A stretch of DNA of 45,226 nucleotides. Source: Alphaproteobacteria bacterium (GTDB lineage: Bacteria > Pseudomonadota > Alphaproteobacteria > Micavibrionales > Micavibrionaceae). Numbering within the stretch: position 1 is the first letter of the stretch; every line of letters starts with the position of its first letter. The DNA lies in contig JALZUF010000239.1 of NCBI GenBank assembly GCA_023301785.1, positions 1 to 45,226 on the forward strand, given 5' to 3'. The notes under the pieces are model-generated. The model saw only the letters and a list, made by a program, of their open reading frames with translations, ran no database searches and was not told the origin of the DNA. A program made the translations under genes and the position numbers. Positions 23,562 through 33,295 of this stretch are shown here, in pieces.

Positions 23562-25229
23562 TTAAAATACAATAGTCTGAGGGTAACTAACGTGTGTACC
23601 CGTGAACTGACCCGCTTGGTAAGAATTGTTAGCACCAGTTTGGTAGTACAACCCTTCGCTAGTCAAAATTCCTAGACCTCCCGCGCTACTGTACCCGACT
23701 GGGCAAATATCAATAGGAGTATGTTTCTGTATTCTTAATTCGGTGAAACTAAGACGGTCTGTTACGTCCCCAACACCTAAGTTACGATTTCCGTTATATC
23801 CTGCTACTTCAATACCACCATCGTTGAATAACACAGCCATAAACTGGTATGAGTATTCGCCGGATAGGAGTACTTTAGAAATACCACTTACGTTTGTGAA
23901 TGAAGGAACATACGGACTAGTCTTGTTGGTAGTAGTACCGTCACCTAAAGCTCCACGACCATTGTAACCCCATAAACGGAGTGTACCATCTAGTTTCTTA
24001 ACACCAGAACTAGCTTGACCTGAACCAGATACAAATACGTCTGCATTGTCGTCACCTAAAGCGGTGATCTCTGTAGGACCTGATTTGTTAGTGGTTGTAC
24101 CATCACCTAATTGACCATAACCGTTATAGCCCCATGAGAATACTGTACCGTCTGTCAATAGAGCAACAACGTGTCCTAAGTAAGAACTACCAGAAGCAGT
24201 AACATCACCGTGTGTAGTCGCGATCTTGTCGCAGCTCTCAGGTAAATTAACTAATGTTGGCGTTGAACGTGCAGTAGTATCACCTACTCCTAATTCACCA
24301 CTTGCGTTGTAACCCCAAGCGTATAAGTCGCCTGTGTCATCAATAGCGTAGGATACAGCGTTGTTAGCACCAGCCGCGTAAACTTTAACCCAATTAGTAC
24401 CAGTGATCTGGGTAGGTACGGTCTTGTCAACAGTTGTACCATCACCAAGTTGTCCTGAATTGTTACGACCCATAGCAAAGACTTTACCAGAGGAAGTAAG
24501 GATTAGTGCGTGTTTATGCCCGTAATAATTAGGACCTGTAACAACGTCAATAACAATCTCACCAGATAAGCCCGGTACGATAGTTGGTTCGTACACAATA
24601 GAAGTACTACCTACGCCTAGTTGACCGTAGTTGTTGATACCCCATACGTACAGGCTACCATCATCCATAATACAATAGTTATCGAACTGGTTTTGAATCC
24701 AACGCGCTACAGTAGGTGCATCTCTTTCGAATGCAGGGATTAACGGGTGTGAGGTGTCTACAAGGTAGTCACCTGCACCTAATCGTCCACTAGCTGAGTC
24801 TCCCCATGTACGCAGTGTATCGTCTGCCATGATAACGCCCCCGCCCTGTGCTGCGCCACTTTCTTTATTGTCTGGTAATGCTTTAACAGCAGCACCGTAA
24901 CGTGAACTAGGTAACGCCCATTCAGGGTTAGCACCAGAGCCTCTAGTTGTCAGTGTGTGTCCGTTTTGTCCAGCAGGTAATCGAACTACCTCTGTACCGT
25001 TGTGATATAAAATATCACCTTGTGTTGTAAGTTGATCTGTACCAGTTGCAAATACATCCCATGTAGCGTTGCCGCCTACTACGGGTGCTGTACCAGTAGT
25101 GGCTGCATTACCAATGTGAATGTAAGCAGAGCCAGAAAATCCAACAACGTCATCTTTTTCGTACTCAGTCCCGGCATCATATTGCCCTTTCCAAGTAAGT
25201 TTAATTTTACCTAAATCTAAGGTTTGCAT
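23562..25229 (-). CDS. Tail fibre / receptor-binding protein with RCC1-like beta-propeller repeats
   Basis: The fibre-type N-terminus (LTWKGQYDAGTEYEKDDVVGFSGSAYI) is followed by repeated YGQLG[VD]G / SGQLGDGTT / SGELGVGDT / YGQLGDGTT / RGALGDGTT blades. Confidence 0.8.
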   Translation of the reverse strand: MQTLDLGKIKLTWKGQYDAGTEYEKDDVVGFSGSAYIHIGNAATTGTAPVVGGNATWDVFATGTDQLTTQGDILYHNGTEVVRLPAGQNGHTLTTRGSGANPEWALPSSRYGAAVKALPDNKESGAAQGGGVIMADDTLRTWGDSASGRLGAGDYLVDTSHPLIPAFERDAPTVARWIQNQFDNYCIMDDGSLYVWGINNYGQLGVGSTSIVYEPTIVPGLSGEIVIDVVTGPNYYGHKHALILTSSGKVFAMGRNNSGQLGDGTTVDKTVPTQITGTNWVKVYAAGANNAVSYAIDDTGDLYAWGYNASGELGVGDTTARSTPTLVNLPESCDKIATTHGDVTASGSSYLGHVVALLTDGTVFSWGYNGYGQLGDGTTTNKSGPTEITALGDDNADVFVSGSGQASSGVKKLDGTLRLWGYNGRGALGDGTTTNKTSPYVPSFTNVSGISKVLLSGEYSYQFMAVLFNDGGIEVAGYNGNRNLGVGDVTDRLSFTELRIQKHTPIDICPVGYSSAGGLGILTSEGLYYQTGANNSYQAGQFTGTHVSYPQTIVF

Positions 25230-25230
25230 A

Positions 25231-26088
25231 TTAGTCTCCTAAACGTGTTGCTATAAGATGCCCGTTAGCATCTATACTAAATGTTGGTCCGAATGTCTGA
25301 AACTCAACGTAGAAATAATTGTCTGCGTCATAAGCCCCGTCTCCAGTTGTGTGTAACAGTGAGCCATCCACTATGGACAGTGCTGTTAATGTTGCGACTG
25401 GTACATCCAGTTCATAACCTGATTCAGCATCATTTACCTGCAAGAATTTACCAGCACTACCTGAAACGATTCCGGGTAGATTTAATGCTGCCGCGTAACC
25501 TTCGGCTGCGTTACGAGCCAATAGAGTAGCAGCAGTATTAGCTGTCACGATTAGTGTATCAGCTCGTACGTCTTGTTTGTAACCTAATGCTAGTAGTGCA
25601 CTAGCAGCAGCGTCAGCCGCATGACCGGGTGCGTCACCAGTATAGTCTCTAAGTTGTGTTAGTGTAACAGCATCCTGATCGTCTACAGCATCCGCCATAT
25701 TAGTTAGTCTGTTGCCACCCATGTTAATGTCATCACCGATAACTCCGAATCTACCGTCTAGCACTTCGTGTGCCAGCATGACAGATTGCTTAAAGCTCTC
25801 GTCTAAATTAACATCATCAATAATATCTCCATCAAGATAACTGTTAATAAGTAAATCTCTTGGGGTTGTTCTCTCGAATGTAACCACATCGTCTGTCTCA
25901 AAGTCTCCTGCAACTTGTACAGTACCCGAAGTCAGCCAAGTAAGAGTTCGGTAGAGGGGAGCACCTGTCCCGTCTACCTCTTCATTTACTCTTGCAGTTA
26001 CATGGTCAGGAGAGAGATAACCCAGTGTGAAGTTTACCGCGAACGTATCACTACCTTCGTAGTTTAGAATCACTCTTGAAAAAGCCAT
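25231..26088 (-). CDS. Tail fibre adaptor protein (T7 gp17 N-terminal domain-like)
   Basis: MAFSRVILNYEGSDTFAVNFTLGYLSPDHVTARVN...FERTTPRDLL is typical of T7/phiKMV fibre N-termini. It follows the internal virion proteins. Confidence 0.8.
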   Translation of the reverse strand: MAFSRVILNYEGSDTFAVNFTLGYLSPDHVTARVNEEVDGTGAPLYRTLTWLTSGTVQVAGDFETDDVVTFERTTPRDLLINSYLDGDIIDDVNLDESFKQSVMLAHEVLDGRFGVIGDDINMGGNRLTNMADAVDDQDAVTLTQLRDYTGDAPGHAADAAASALLALGYKQDVRADTLIVTANTAATLLARNAAEGYAAALNLPGIVSGSAGKFLQVNDAESGYELDVPVATLTALSIVDGSLLHTTGDGAYDADNYFYVEFQTFGPTFSIDANGHLIATRLGD

Positions 26089-26099
26089 TCAATTCTCCT

Positions 26100-29000
26100 T
26101 TATTTTCCTAGTTGTTCAATAATTGGACTCACCCCATACATACGACCCACGACTGGAACAGCCTTGAGTGAGTTTATGGTTGAGTAATCTAATTTACCAT
26201 CGTGTAATAAATCTAATGGTGTACGAGCTATGCCCGATATGTCATTAAGTGCAGATAGACCTGCTGGTAAACCAATCAGTCCGTCCTGTGCGTATCTGTA
26301 ACGCGCCATTGGAGCTAATTGACCATCACCTAAATGATCCAACCCCGTAATATGGGCGATAGGATCAGTAAGCATTAGTACAGGAGACATGTGAGCCGAC
26401 CATCCTAATGCTCTTTGCATAAGTCTGTCTTGGTCCAATGTATCTAGTTTACCGTTTACTGTTGCGGAAGCCGTTACAGCCGCCATAGAAGTACCTAATG
26501 TGTACATAACCTGAGCCGCAGCTACTTGGTCAGCCAGTCGAGCACTCTTAATAGTCTTAGAGAACATAGCGTTCAATGCGAACGTCTTTAGTCCTGTCAT
26601 AAGACCACCAATCTGGGTGTTAGCCCAAGCGTGTGTCTCTCCTCTACGCGTAACCTGTACAGCGTGATCTACATTACGTGATATAGCCATACGCCATGTG
26701 TCTGCATCGTCAGGATGCCACTGGTTCATATTATTACTTATAACATGTCCGTCAGCATCTCTTTCAATGAGGTGTGCGTACTTACGAACTAAATCCTGTG
26801 TCTTATCGTCAATACCCATAGAAATCAATCTCTTGTTATCTACAGACTTGTTAATAATACCGTTAATGAAATAGTTATTAGACAATCCAATCATACCGCG
26901 TTGTTGTGCAGCTAGAACTTGGTAGAAGCCAGAAGCTAATCCCATTGCTCTTTGACCCTTATCTAATCCGTAATCTAACATATCCGCCATTGGCTTCAAA
27001 TCAAACTTGGACATTCCGGGTAATAGATTGTCAGTGTCTTGTAAGGCTACATCGTCAAGGTCAGCAGTACGAACATACAGCTCGTCAGGAGCACGATACT
27101 TACCTAAAGCAGATAATGAATCGACTAGCTCTCTGTCTGTTTCTTGACTAATAGCTTGCTTAATAGATTTACCATAGAATTTACGGAAAGCTTTCTGAGT
27201 ATCTGTACCCATTGCAATGCCCGTTTCAGCGGTCTGTGTGATAGCTAATTGTCCAAGGTAGGCTAACCTACTAAGTTTATTTAAACGCCCCACAGCCTGT
27301 CCTACGCCTCCATTAAACGCACCCTCTGAATACATAGAAGACATTTCATCAAATAGCTTCTCTGCTTTAGCAGGGTCTTGTCCGTTTTCTCTAGCGTAGT
27401 CTCTAGCAGCTTGTCTCCATTTAGGTAAGTCTCTTCTCTGCATAAGCCCACCTGTAGCAGCAACTCGTGCCGCCTCAGCAGATTGTCCGCGTGAAGCACT
27501 ATCTAACACTCCGTACACATCATTGTCAATTAAGTCAAGGATAGTCATGTCAGAACCCTCAATAGGAGTTGTGTAATCCATCTGTACACGTCTACGAGAA
27601 GATTTAACTGTGCCCTTCTCATCATTGGTATATAAGATACGATCTACTTCATCAGCAATACGTTCTTCCGGTACACCTCTATCTCTTAGCACGTTAGCTA
27701 AGTGGGTACTACCATCTTCACTTACTGTTGAAAGGCTACCCACAGGGGAACTAGAATCAGATTCTATAGCATTTCTCTTAATAGCGTTAGCCATATCAAA
27801 AGCCATCTGTTCATCCATATCAGGAGTTACTCGCATAATCGCAGTCTTGATTGCTTGAGTAAGTCTAGCCGTACCAGCATTAGTTCCTAGTTTACGTTCA
27901 GCTTTAAGCCATTTGTTGTTCGACCAGCGAACTCCGAAGTGACCCTTTTTATACTCAACATCTTCAAAACCTTCTGTACCATATCGTTGGTGGTTGTCTA
28001 GCATACGTTTATAAGCGCGTTCAATATCATCCGCAGCATCAATTACTTCTTGAGCCGCATCAGGAATATCCTTACCTACATTTCTGTGTGCCAGTAGACT
28101 CTGTACTTCTTTACCGAACTCCATCTCTGCTTCCGCGTGGAAGTTTCGACTAGCCCAGCCACGTACCTTATCTACTTTACCTTCTGGTGTTACTCCACCT
28201 TTGTACTTGTTATTATACCACGATCCGTAATGTCTTTGATAGAATGGCGCGTATTCACCGGAGACACTTTTCTCCATTAAATCTGCCATATTATCTGCGT
28301 TACGTGTATTAGCTATTTGACCCACAGGGGAGTTTAGTAGATTTACAGCCATCCATTGTAGAACAGCATTGTCAGACCTAATGTTCTTGTCGAAATCAGG
28401 TGACAGTCCAATCTTATCTAAACCCTTATATAGTCCCTCGCCAGCACCTTTAATAATAGTCTGTGCTACATTATCGTCTACATCTCTAAAGGAATCAAAG
28501 TTGCTGATACCTCTAGTGTACTCAGGATTATCCGCAAAGTCCTGCTCAATAAACTCGTGTATCTCACGAGACAGAGGTGAAATCTCAATCTCAGGAGCTA
28601 GTGTGTCTACCTGTCTAGCAGCACCTACAGAAGCCTCAGCGTCCATTACATAACGAACGCGCTCCTTTGGTGTCGATCCTGACGTTCCATTAAGGCGTTT
28701 GTCAAAGTATTCTCTGACCTCACCCACGGAGCGTTCAGTCCCGTCTGCATTATAAAATACAGCTCTGTTAGACTTAGCTTGTTTTGGATACAAAGCAACA
28801 GCGTTCTGTGTAGGGTCTGCGTCTACATTCCTAATGAACTTACCCGCAGTCGACCCTCCGAAGAAGTGACCTAGATAAAGGTCAGTACTGTCAGGCTTAC
28901 GTCCTATAGCTTTTTGAATGACCTTGCCATTTTCCTTAGCTAACTCGGCAGCCATATATGCAGCAGTCTCCGGGTTCTTACGTAGCTCTAAAAGCTCTTT

Positions 29001-30119
29001 ACGCGATTTACCTTTGACGTTTACACCGTATTTATTACCGTGCTTTGAAATAGTGTTGATCCATGTCTTTTCTATGAATTGATATAAACCAGTAGCAGAA
29101 CTCGTAGAGGCTTTAACACCTGTTCTAAAGTTACTCTCTACCCGCGCTTGATTAAATAAGTAATCACTGTCTATACCAGTTTTCTTAGCAGCAGCTTCGA
29201 TAGCTCTGTTTACGTGTGTTTCAGTAGACTTCTCTACCACCTTACGTAAAGCTGTATGAGCGTCTACAGTAGCAGCATCATCTACAAAGCGTTGTGCATT
29301 CTTAGTAGGTAATGCACCGCCTAACCCTGCACCCAGTCCAGTGGACAGTACAGTGGCAGCAAGAACGTCTTTAACATCTGTAGAAGGATCAACATAAGCA
29401 TTAGCACCTTCGATAGTCAGAGCTGAAATAGCACCAATTTTAGCACCATCTTTAATGTTGTCCATACGTGTAAGCTTGTTCAGCGTACCTACATGGCGGG
29501 TCTTAGTAATAACACCAGCAGGAATAATTGTGTCACCATCAATCAGTGAACCAGACAGCATACCAAAAGTCCCAGCAGGACCAGCAGTAGACAGTTCTTT
29601 CATTCTAGCTTGGTTGTCTTCAATGAACGCTATATCGAAATTCAATACATGTTCAGAGCCAGCAGACATTAAATCCTTAGCTTCCGGTGATTCCGGGTCT
29701 AAGTTAAGTCTATCTAACTCATCAAATATTCTTTGTTTTTGTTCTTGGTTCTTTCTCGGATTCCACTCAGGATCGTTGAACCTCTCAGAAGTTTTAGTCA
29801 TCTCAGTAGCAATAGCTGCTGTAATATCTAGGAAGCCCTCAGACTCTTCTACACCCTGAGCCACTGCATCTCCTCGAAGAGCAATGTCTTTACCAATATT
29901 TCTAACTCCCATACCAACATTGTCGGCAAACGCATTACCGAAGCGTTGAGTACTAGATTTCTCTTTCCTCGCAGCCTCGGTTGCTTTTGCGTTGGCAATA
30001 CCAGCTTCTTCGATCTCAACGGCATCGGGTCCGGCATCCAGTTCGGATACTTTTAGTCGGTTAGGGCGTAAAGCACCTGCCCGATTTCGGAGTCTTTCGA
30101 TCTCACTTGTATTGTCCAT
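26100..30119 (-). CDS. Internal virion (ejection) protein with a lytic transglycosylase domain (T7 gp16-like)
   Basis: 1339 aa. SLT motif VESNFRTG...ATGLYQFIEKTW. Synteny. Confidence 0.9.
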   Translation of the reverse strand: MDNTSEIERLRNRAGALRPNRLKVSELDAGPDAVEIEEAGIANAKATEAARKEKSSTQRFGNAFADNVGMGVRNIGKDIALRGDAVAQGVEESEGFLDITAAIATEMTKTSERFNDPEWNPRKNQEQKQRIFDELDRLNLDPESPEAKDLMSAGSEHVLNFDIAFIEDNQARMKELSTAGPAGTFGMLSGSLIDGDTIIPAGVITKTRHVGTLNKLTRMDNIKDGAKIGAISALTIEGANAYVDPSTDVKDVLAATVLSTGLGAGLGGALPTKNAQRFVDDAATVDAHTALRKVVEKSTETHVNRAIEAAAKKTGIDSDYLFNQARVESNFRTGVKASTSSATGLYQFIEKTWINTISKHGNKYGVNVKGKSRKELLELRKNPETAAYMAAELAKENGKVIQKAIGRKPDSTDLYLGHFFGGSTAGKFIRNVDADPTQNAVALYPKQAKSNRAVFYNADGTERSVGEVREYFDKRLNGTSGSTPKERVRYVMDAEASVGAARQVDTLAPEIEISPLSREIHEFIEQDFADNPEYTRGISNFDSFRDVDDNVAQTIIKGAGEGLYKGLDKIGLSPDFDKNIRSDNAVLQWMAVNLLNSPVGQIANTRNADNMADLMEKSVSGEYAPFYQRHYGSWYNNKYKGGVTPEGKVDKVRGWASRNFHAEAEMEFGKEVQSLLAHRNVGKDIPDAAQEVIDAADDIERAYKRMLDNHQRYGTEGFEDVEYKKGHFGVRWSNNKWLKAERKLGTNAGTARLTQAIKTAIMRVTPDMDEQMAFDMANAIKRNAIESDSSSPVGSLSTVSEDGSTHLANVLRDRGVPEERIADEVDRILYTNDEKGTVKSSRRRVQMDYTTPIEGSDMTILDLIDNDVYGVLDSASRGQSAEAARVAATGGLMQRRDLPKWRQAARDYARENGQDPAKAEKLFDEMSSMYSEGAFNGGVGQAVGRLNKLSRLAYLGQLAITQTAETGIAMGTDTQKAFRKFYGKSIKQAISQETDRELVDSLSALGKYRAPDELYVRTADLDDVALQDTDNLLPGMSKFDLKPMADMLDYGLDKGQRAMGLASGFYQVLAAQQRGMIGLSNNYFINGIINKSVDNKRLISMGIDDKTQDLVRKYAHLIERDADGHVISNNMNQWHPDDADTWRMAISRNVDHAVQVTRRGETHAWANTQIGGLMTGLKTFALNAMFSKTIKSARLADQVAAAQVMYTLGTSMAAVTASATVNGKLDTLDQDRLMQRALGWSAHMSPVLMLTDPIAHITGLDHLGDGQLAPMARYRYAQDGLIGLPAGLSALNDISGIARTPLDLLHDGKLDYSTINSLKAVPVVGRMYGVSPIIEQLGK

Positions 30120-30121
30120 GT

Positions 30122-32695
30122 TTATCTCCTTGGAGCTTGTTTGTTAAATTGCTGTTCTCTACGTTGAACCTTATACCAGTCACCAATGTCTTTAGCAGGA
30201 ATGGCGATAGGAACACCAACAGGTATTGTTCTGTCTGTGTCTTGGTACATAGTGACCATTAGTTGACCATTAGACAAAGGGTTAATACCAATCATCTTAA
30301 TGTCATTTGCTAGTCGTTGTTCTTTTTCAGAGAACGCCATGACAGCACCTTGTAGTTTACCAGCAGCAATGTTACCTAGTTCTTTCTTACCAGTTCTAGC
30401 GTACAACATACCCATCTTTTCAGGTTCGAATATAGCTCTCGTTAAAGGTCCATCGTCAGCAGCCAATTTCTTCCACCATTTGTCTGGTGCAGTACCTTTA
30501 GGAAACAGTAAGTCAGCATTGTCTCGCATGTACATCAGCATAGCTGAGTTACTAGTGAGCGCACCGTCCTCTTCTGTAAGTCCCATAGATTCAGAAATTG
30601 ATTTACCCGATTTAGGAGGGATCATTGTACCCATAACGTATTCCCATTGAGATAGGTCTTTCTTGACTTTCTCCATAACAGTCTTCTTATCCCAGTCAGG
30701 AAAGTTCTCTGCGTATGCTTTGGTTTTACGTTTAGCCCAAGCGTCCATCTCTGAACTATTCTTAGCGGCTTCTTTAACTTGGTAAGTTAGTACTTCATCG
30801 TATTTACCATCAGAAGGAGCACCTAACCATGCAGATACAATACTAGGCTCTATAGAGTCAAAGTATTTCTCTTTGGTTTTGTCCCAATCTTCTAAGGCTT
30901 CTCCGACATTAGTTTTAGGTTTACGTTTATCCTTTTTGTCACCATTAGTGTTCTCCCAAGCAACTTTCATTGCAGTAGAAGGGTCTAATTCACCACCAGC
31001 TATAAAGGATGCAGCTAGTAAATAGTCGTAGCTCTCGCCAGCATACTCTTTAATAACGCGTTCACTGATACCAGATTCACGCATGACATTGAAGTATTCA
31101 TAAGCCTCTTCGTGGTTAGGGGATAGTGTCCCATCATCTCTACTTGGAGGTGCTTGTCCAACGATACCAAAGTCTTTCTTAATTCCCTCGTCTCTCAAAG
31201 GTGAGTAACGTAAAAAATCAACATGTTGTCTAATGACTTCTGATCTCTTCTCTTCTTGGGAGTCGAACCGTGCGTCATTAACAACGCCTTGAATAATCAT
31301 TTGCTTCTTCATTGTCATAGCTCTGCTCTTCTCAGAGTCGCTATATGAATCTAAACCTGAGAAGTTAGTGTTCAATAAGTTAGCCGCACGGTTGTCCATC
31401 TCAGCAGCAGCTTCCTGCTTTTTGATTTGTTCTTCCATAGGCGCGACAATCTTAGTGTCTATATGCTTCTCGTACTCTTTGGTCATTCTGTCCATGTCAC
31501 CGTTAGCGTACTGTGACGGAACACCGTGTTTAGCGTTTAAAGCAGCTAGTGCTCTCTTTGCTTGTGGTGTACCTGTCATACGCGCTTGTGCCATAATCAT
31601 TGCTTTCTTCTGAACGTATTCAGGATCATTGATTACTTCACTAACAGCAGCATCTTCATTCTGAGCACTGAACTCAGCGTTTACATTTTTAATGAGCGTT
31701 CTAGCATAAGAATCAGAAGAGCGCACACTCTCAGTTAATTGCTTAACCTTAAAGTTTGCTTCATCTCTTGAAATCTTACCCATCTTTACCTGTAACTTAA
31801 TATCACTAGATTGTTGTTCCAATGACGCTAGGTTCTCAGTTTCGTTAATAGACAGTGCAGCCTTATAGCGGCTACGCATACTACCTATCTCCTCTTCCGA
31901 AGCTCCCATCTTTCTCATACCATCTAGCCCACCGAGCTGATCGTATAAAGAGAAGTTACCCTCGTCAAGTAACGACCCCGTAGCGGCTAATACAGCCCCG
32001 TCAGTAGCCCTGTCGGACAAGCCGGGTACTAACCCTGCACGATTGTCCAAAAGCTCCTGTAGAGCCTCAGAATCGCCATTTAGGGCTTCTGTACGAAATA
32101 GGTTCATTACAGAGTCCTGAGATTTACCAGCAGAGTATTCTGTACTCTGTAGTGTGTGCTGTTGTACCAGCTTAGTAAAACCTTCGTTAGCGAACCCGCC
32201 CATCAGTTTAACCATTTCAGGATTCTCAGTGTCTACAGTATCCATTAGTTCTTTAAACTCCGTATGGAGCTTCTCTTGGTACTCTTCACTGGACATTGCA
32301 TGATCTTGCATCTCAATGTTCTTCATGCTCTTTGCTAACCACTCATTGTAGCCAGTCTTTACTTCTAATGTTTTGTACCCATCTAAAGTACTACGGCTTA
32401 CACCCTCCTTACGAAGTTGTTCTTCCGTGTCTCCTTGAGCATAGCGCATCTGACCATCTAAAAGGTCTGAGGCTTTCTGCTTCTCCATGTGGGCTTCTAG
32501 TCCGCTTACACCTAACTTGGTAAGTTCGATCATAGCTTTAGTCTCAGCACCTACGGCTTCAACGCTACCACCTCTGGGAGCTTGAACTCCCACTTGACCT
32601 AGTTGTCTTGCAGGTACATTCTGTCTACCAGTTGGACCATTAGTAGGTACTACATTGCGGACTTCATTTCCGCGTACTCCATCTCCATCAGCCAT
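30122..32695 (-). CDS. Internal virion protein (T7 gp15-like)
   Basis: 857 aa. Called from size and position between the gp14-like and gp16-like genes. Confidence 0.75.
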   Translation of the reverse strand: MADGDGVRGNEVRNVVPTNGPTGRQNVPARQLGQVGVQAPRGGSVEAVGAETKAMIELTKLGVSGLEAHMEKQKASDLLDGQMRYAQGDTEEQLRKEGVSRSTLDGYKTLEVKTGYNEWLAKSMKNIEMQDHAMSSEEYQEKLHTEFKELMDTVDTENPEMVKLMGGFANEGFTKLVQQHTLQSTEYSAGKSQDSVMNLFRTEALNGDSEALQELLDNRAGLVPGLSDRATDGAVLAATGSLLDEGNFSLYDQLGGLDGMRKMGASEEEIGSMRSRYKAALSINETENLASLEQQSSDIKLQVKMGKISRDEANFKVKQLTESVRSSDSYARTLIKNVNAEFSAQNEDAAVSEVINDPEYVQKKAMIMAQARMTGTPQAKRALAALNAKHGVPSQYANGDMDRMTKEYEKHIDTKIVAPMEEQIKKQEAAAEMDNRAANLLNTNFSGLDSYSDSEKSRAMTMKKQMIIQGVVNDARFDSQEEKRSEVIRQHVDFLRYSPLRDEGIKKDFGIVGQAPPSRDDGTLSPNHEEAYEYFNVMRESGISERVIKEYAGESYDYLLAASFIAGGELDPSTAMKVAWENTNGDKKDKRKPKTNVGEALEDWDKTKEKYFDSIEPSIVSAWLGAPSDGKYDEVLTYQVKEAAKNSSEMDAWAKRKTKAYAENFPDWDKKTVMEKVKKDLSQWEYVMGTMIPPKSGKSISESMGLTEEDGALTSNSAMLMYMRDNADLLFPKGTAPDKWWKKLAADDGPLTRAIFEPEKMGMLYARTGKKELGNIAAGKLQGAVMAFSEKEQRLANDIKMIGINPLSNGQLMVTMYQDTDRTIPVGVPIAIPAKDIGDWYKVQRREQQFNKQAPRR

Positions 32696-33294
32696 TAGTA
32701 TCTCCCTGCGTATCCAGCACTACCAGCAGTTCTGCCTGTGCCTCCACCATAAATAGGTGCTTGTGAACTTTGTCTAACTGAATCTGCTTGTTGCCCAAAG
32801 TTAGTTTGAGCACCGAACATACCAGCAATTTTATCTACGTTTTTCATAGCAGCACCAAATAAGTATGTACTTAGTTTTGGTTTCTGTATGACTGACAAAT
32901 CTTGGTTCTGTACAGCAGACAACGTAGAACTTAATCTTTGTTGGTGTTCCTGTAAGAAGTAGTTTTGTAAATCGTCAGCTCTTTGTTTCTCTTGCATCCC
33001 AGCACTACGCTGCACGTCAAGGAAGGTAGCATTAACGCTTCTTCCTCTAACGCCAGCAGCACCAGCCGCCACTGCGGTAGAACCAGCTATACTTAGCTCG
33101 TCCCTCCGCATGAAGACTGCTTGTTTCGCAGACTGTTGTACTTGCAAGGTAGTATTCTGAGTTATCGCATTCTGATTTATCGCGTTGGCGATATTAGTCA
33201 TCTTGTTACGATAATCCTGCATAGCCTTTTGAGCTTTAGCTTTCGCTTTGTCTGCTCTGTATGACCCGAAAGCCATGAACATATCTAATAGCAT
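32695..33294 (-). CDS. Internal virion protein (T7 gp14-like)
   Basis: 199 aa. Called from synteny. Confidence 0.7.
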   Translation of the reverse strand: MLLDMFMAFGSYRADKAKAKAQKAMQDYRNKMTNIANAINQNAITQNTTLQVQQSAKQAVFMRRDELSIAGSTAVAAGAAGVRGRSVNATFLDVQRSAGMQEKQRADDLQNYFLQEHQQRLSSTLSAVQNQDLSVIQKPKLSTYLFGAAMKNVDKIAGMFGAQTNFGQQADSVRQSSQAPIYGGGTGRTAGSAGYAGRY

Positions 33295-33295
33295 A

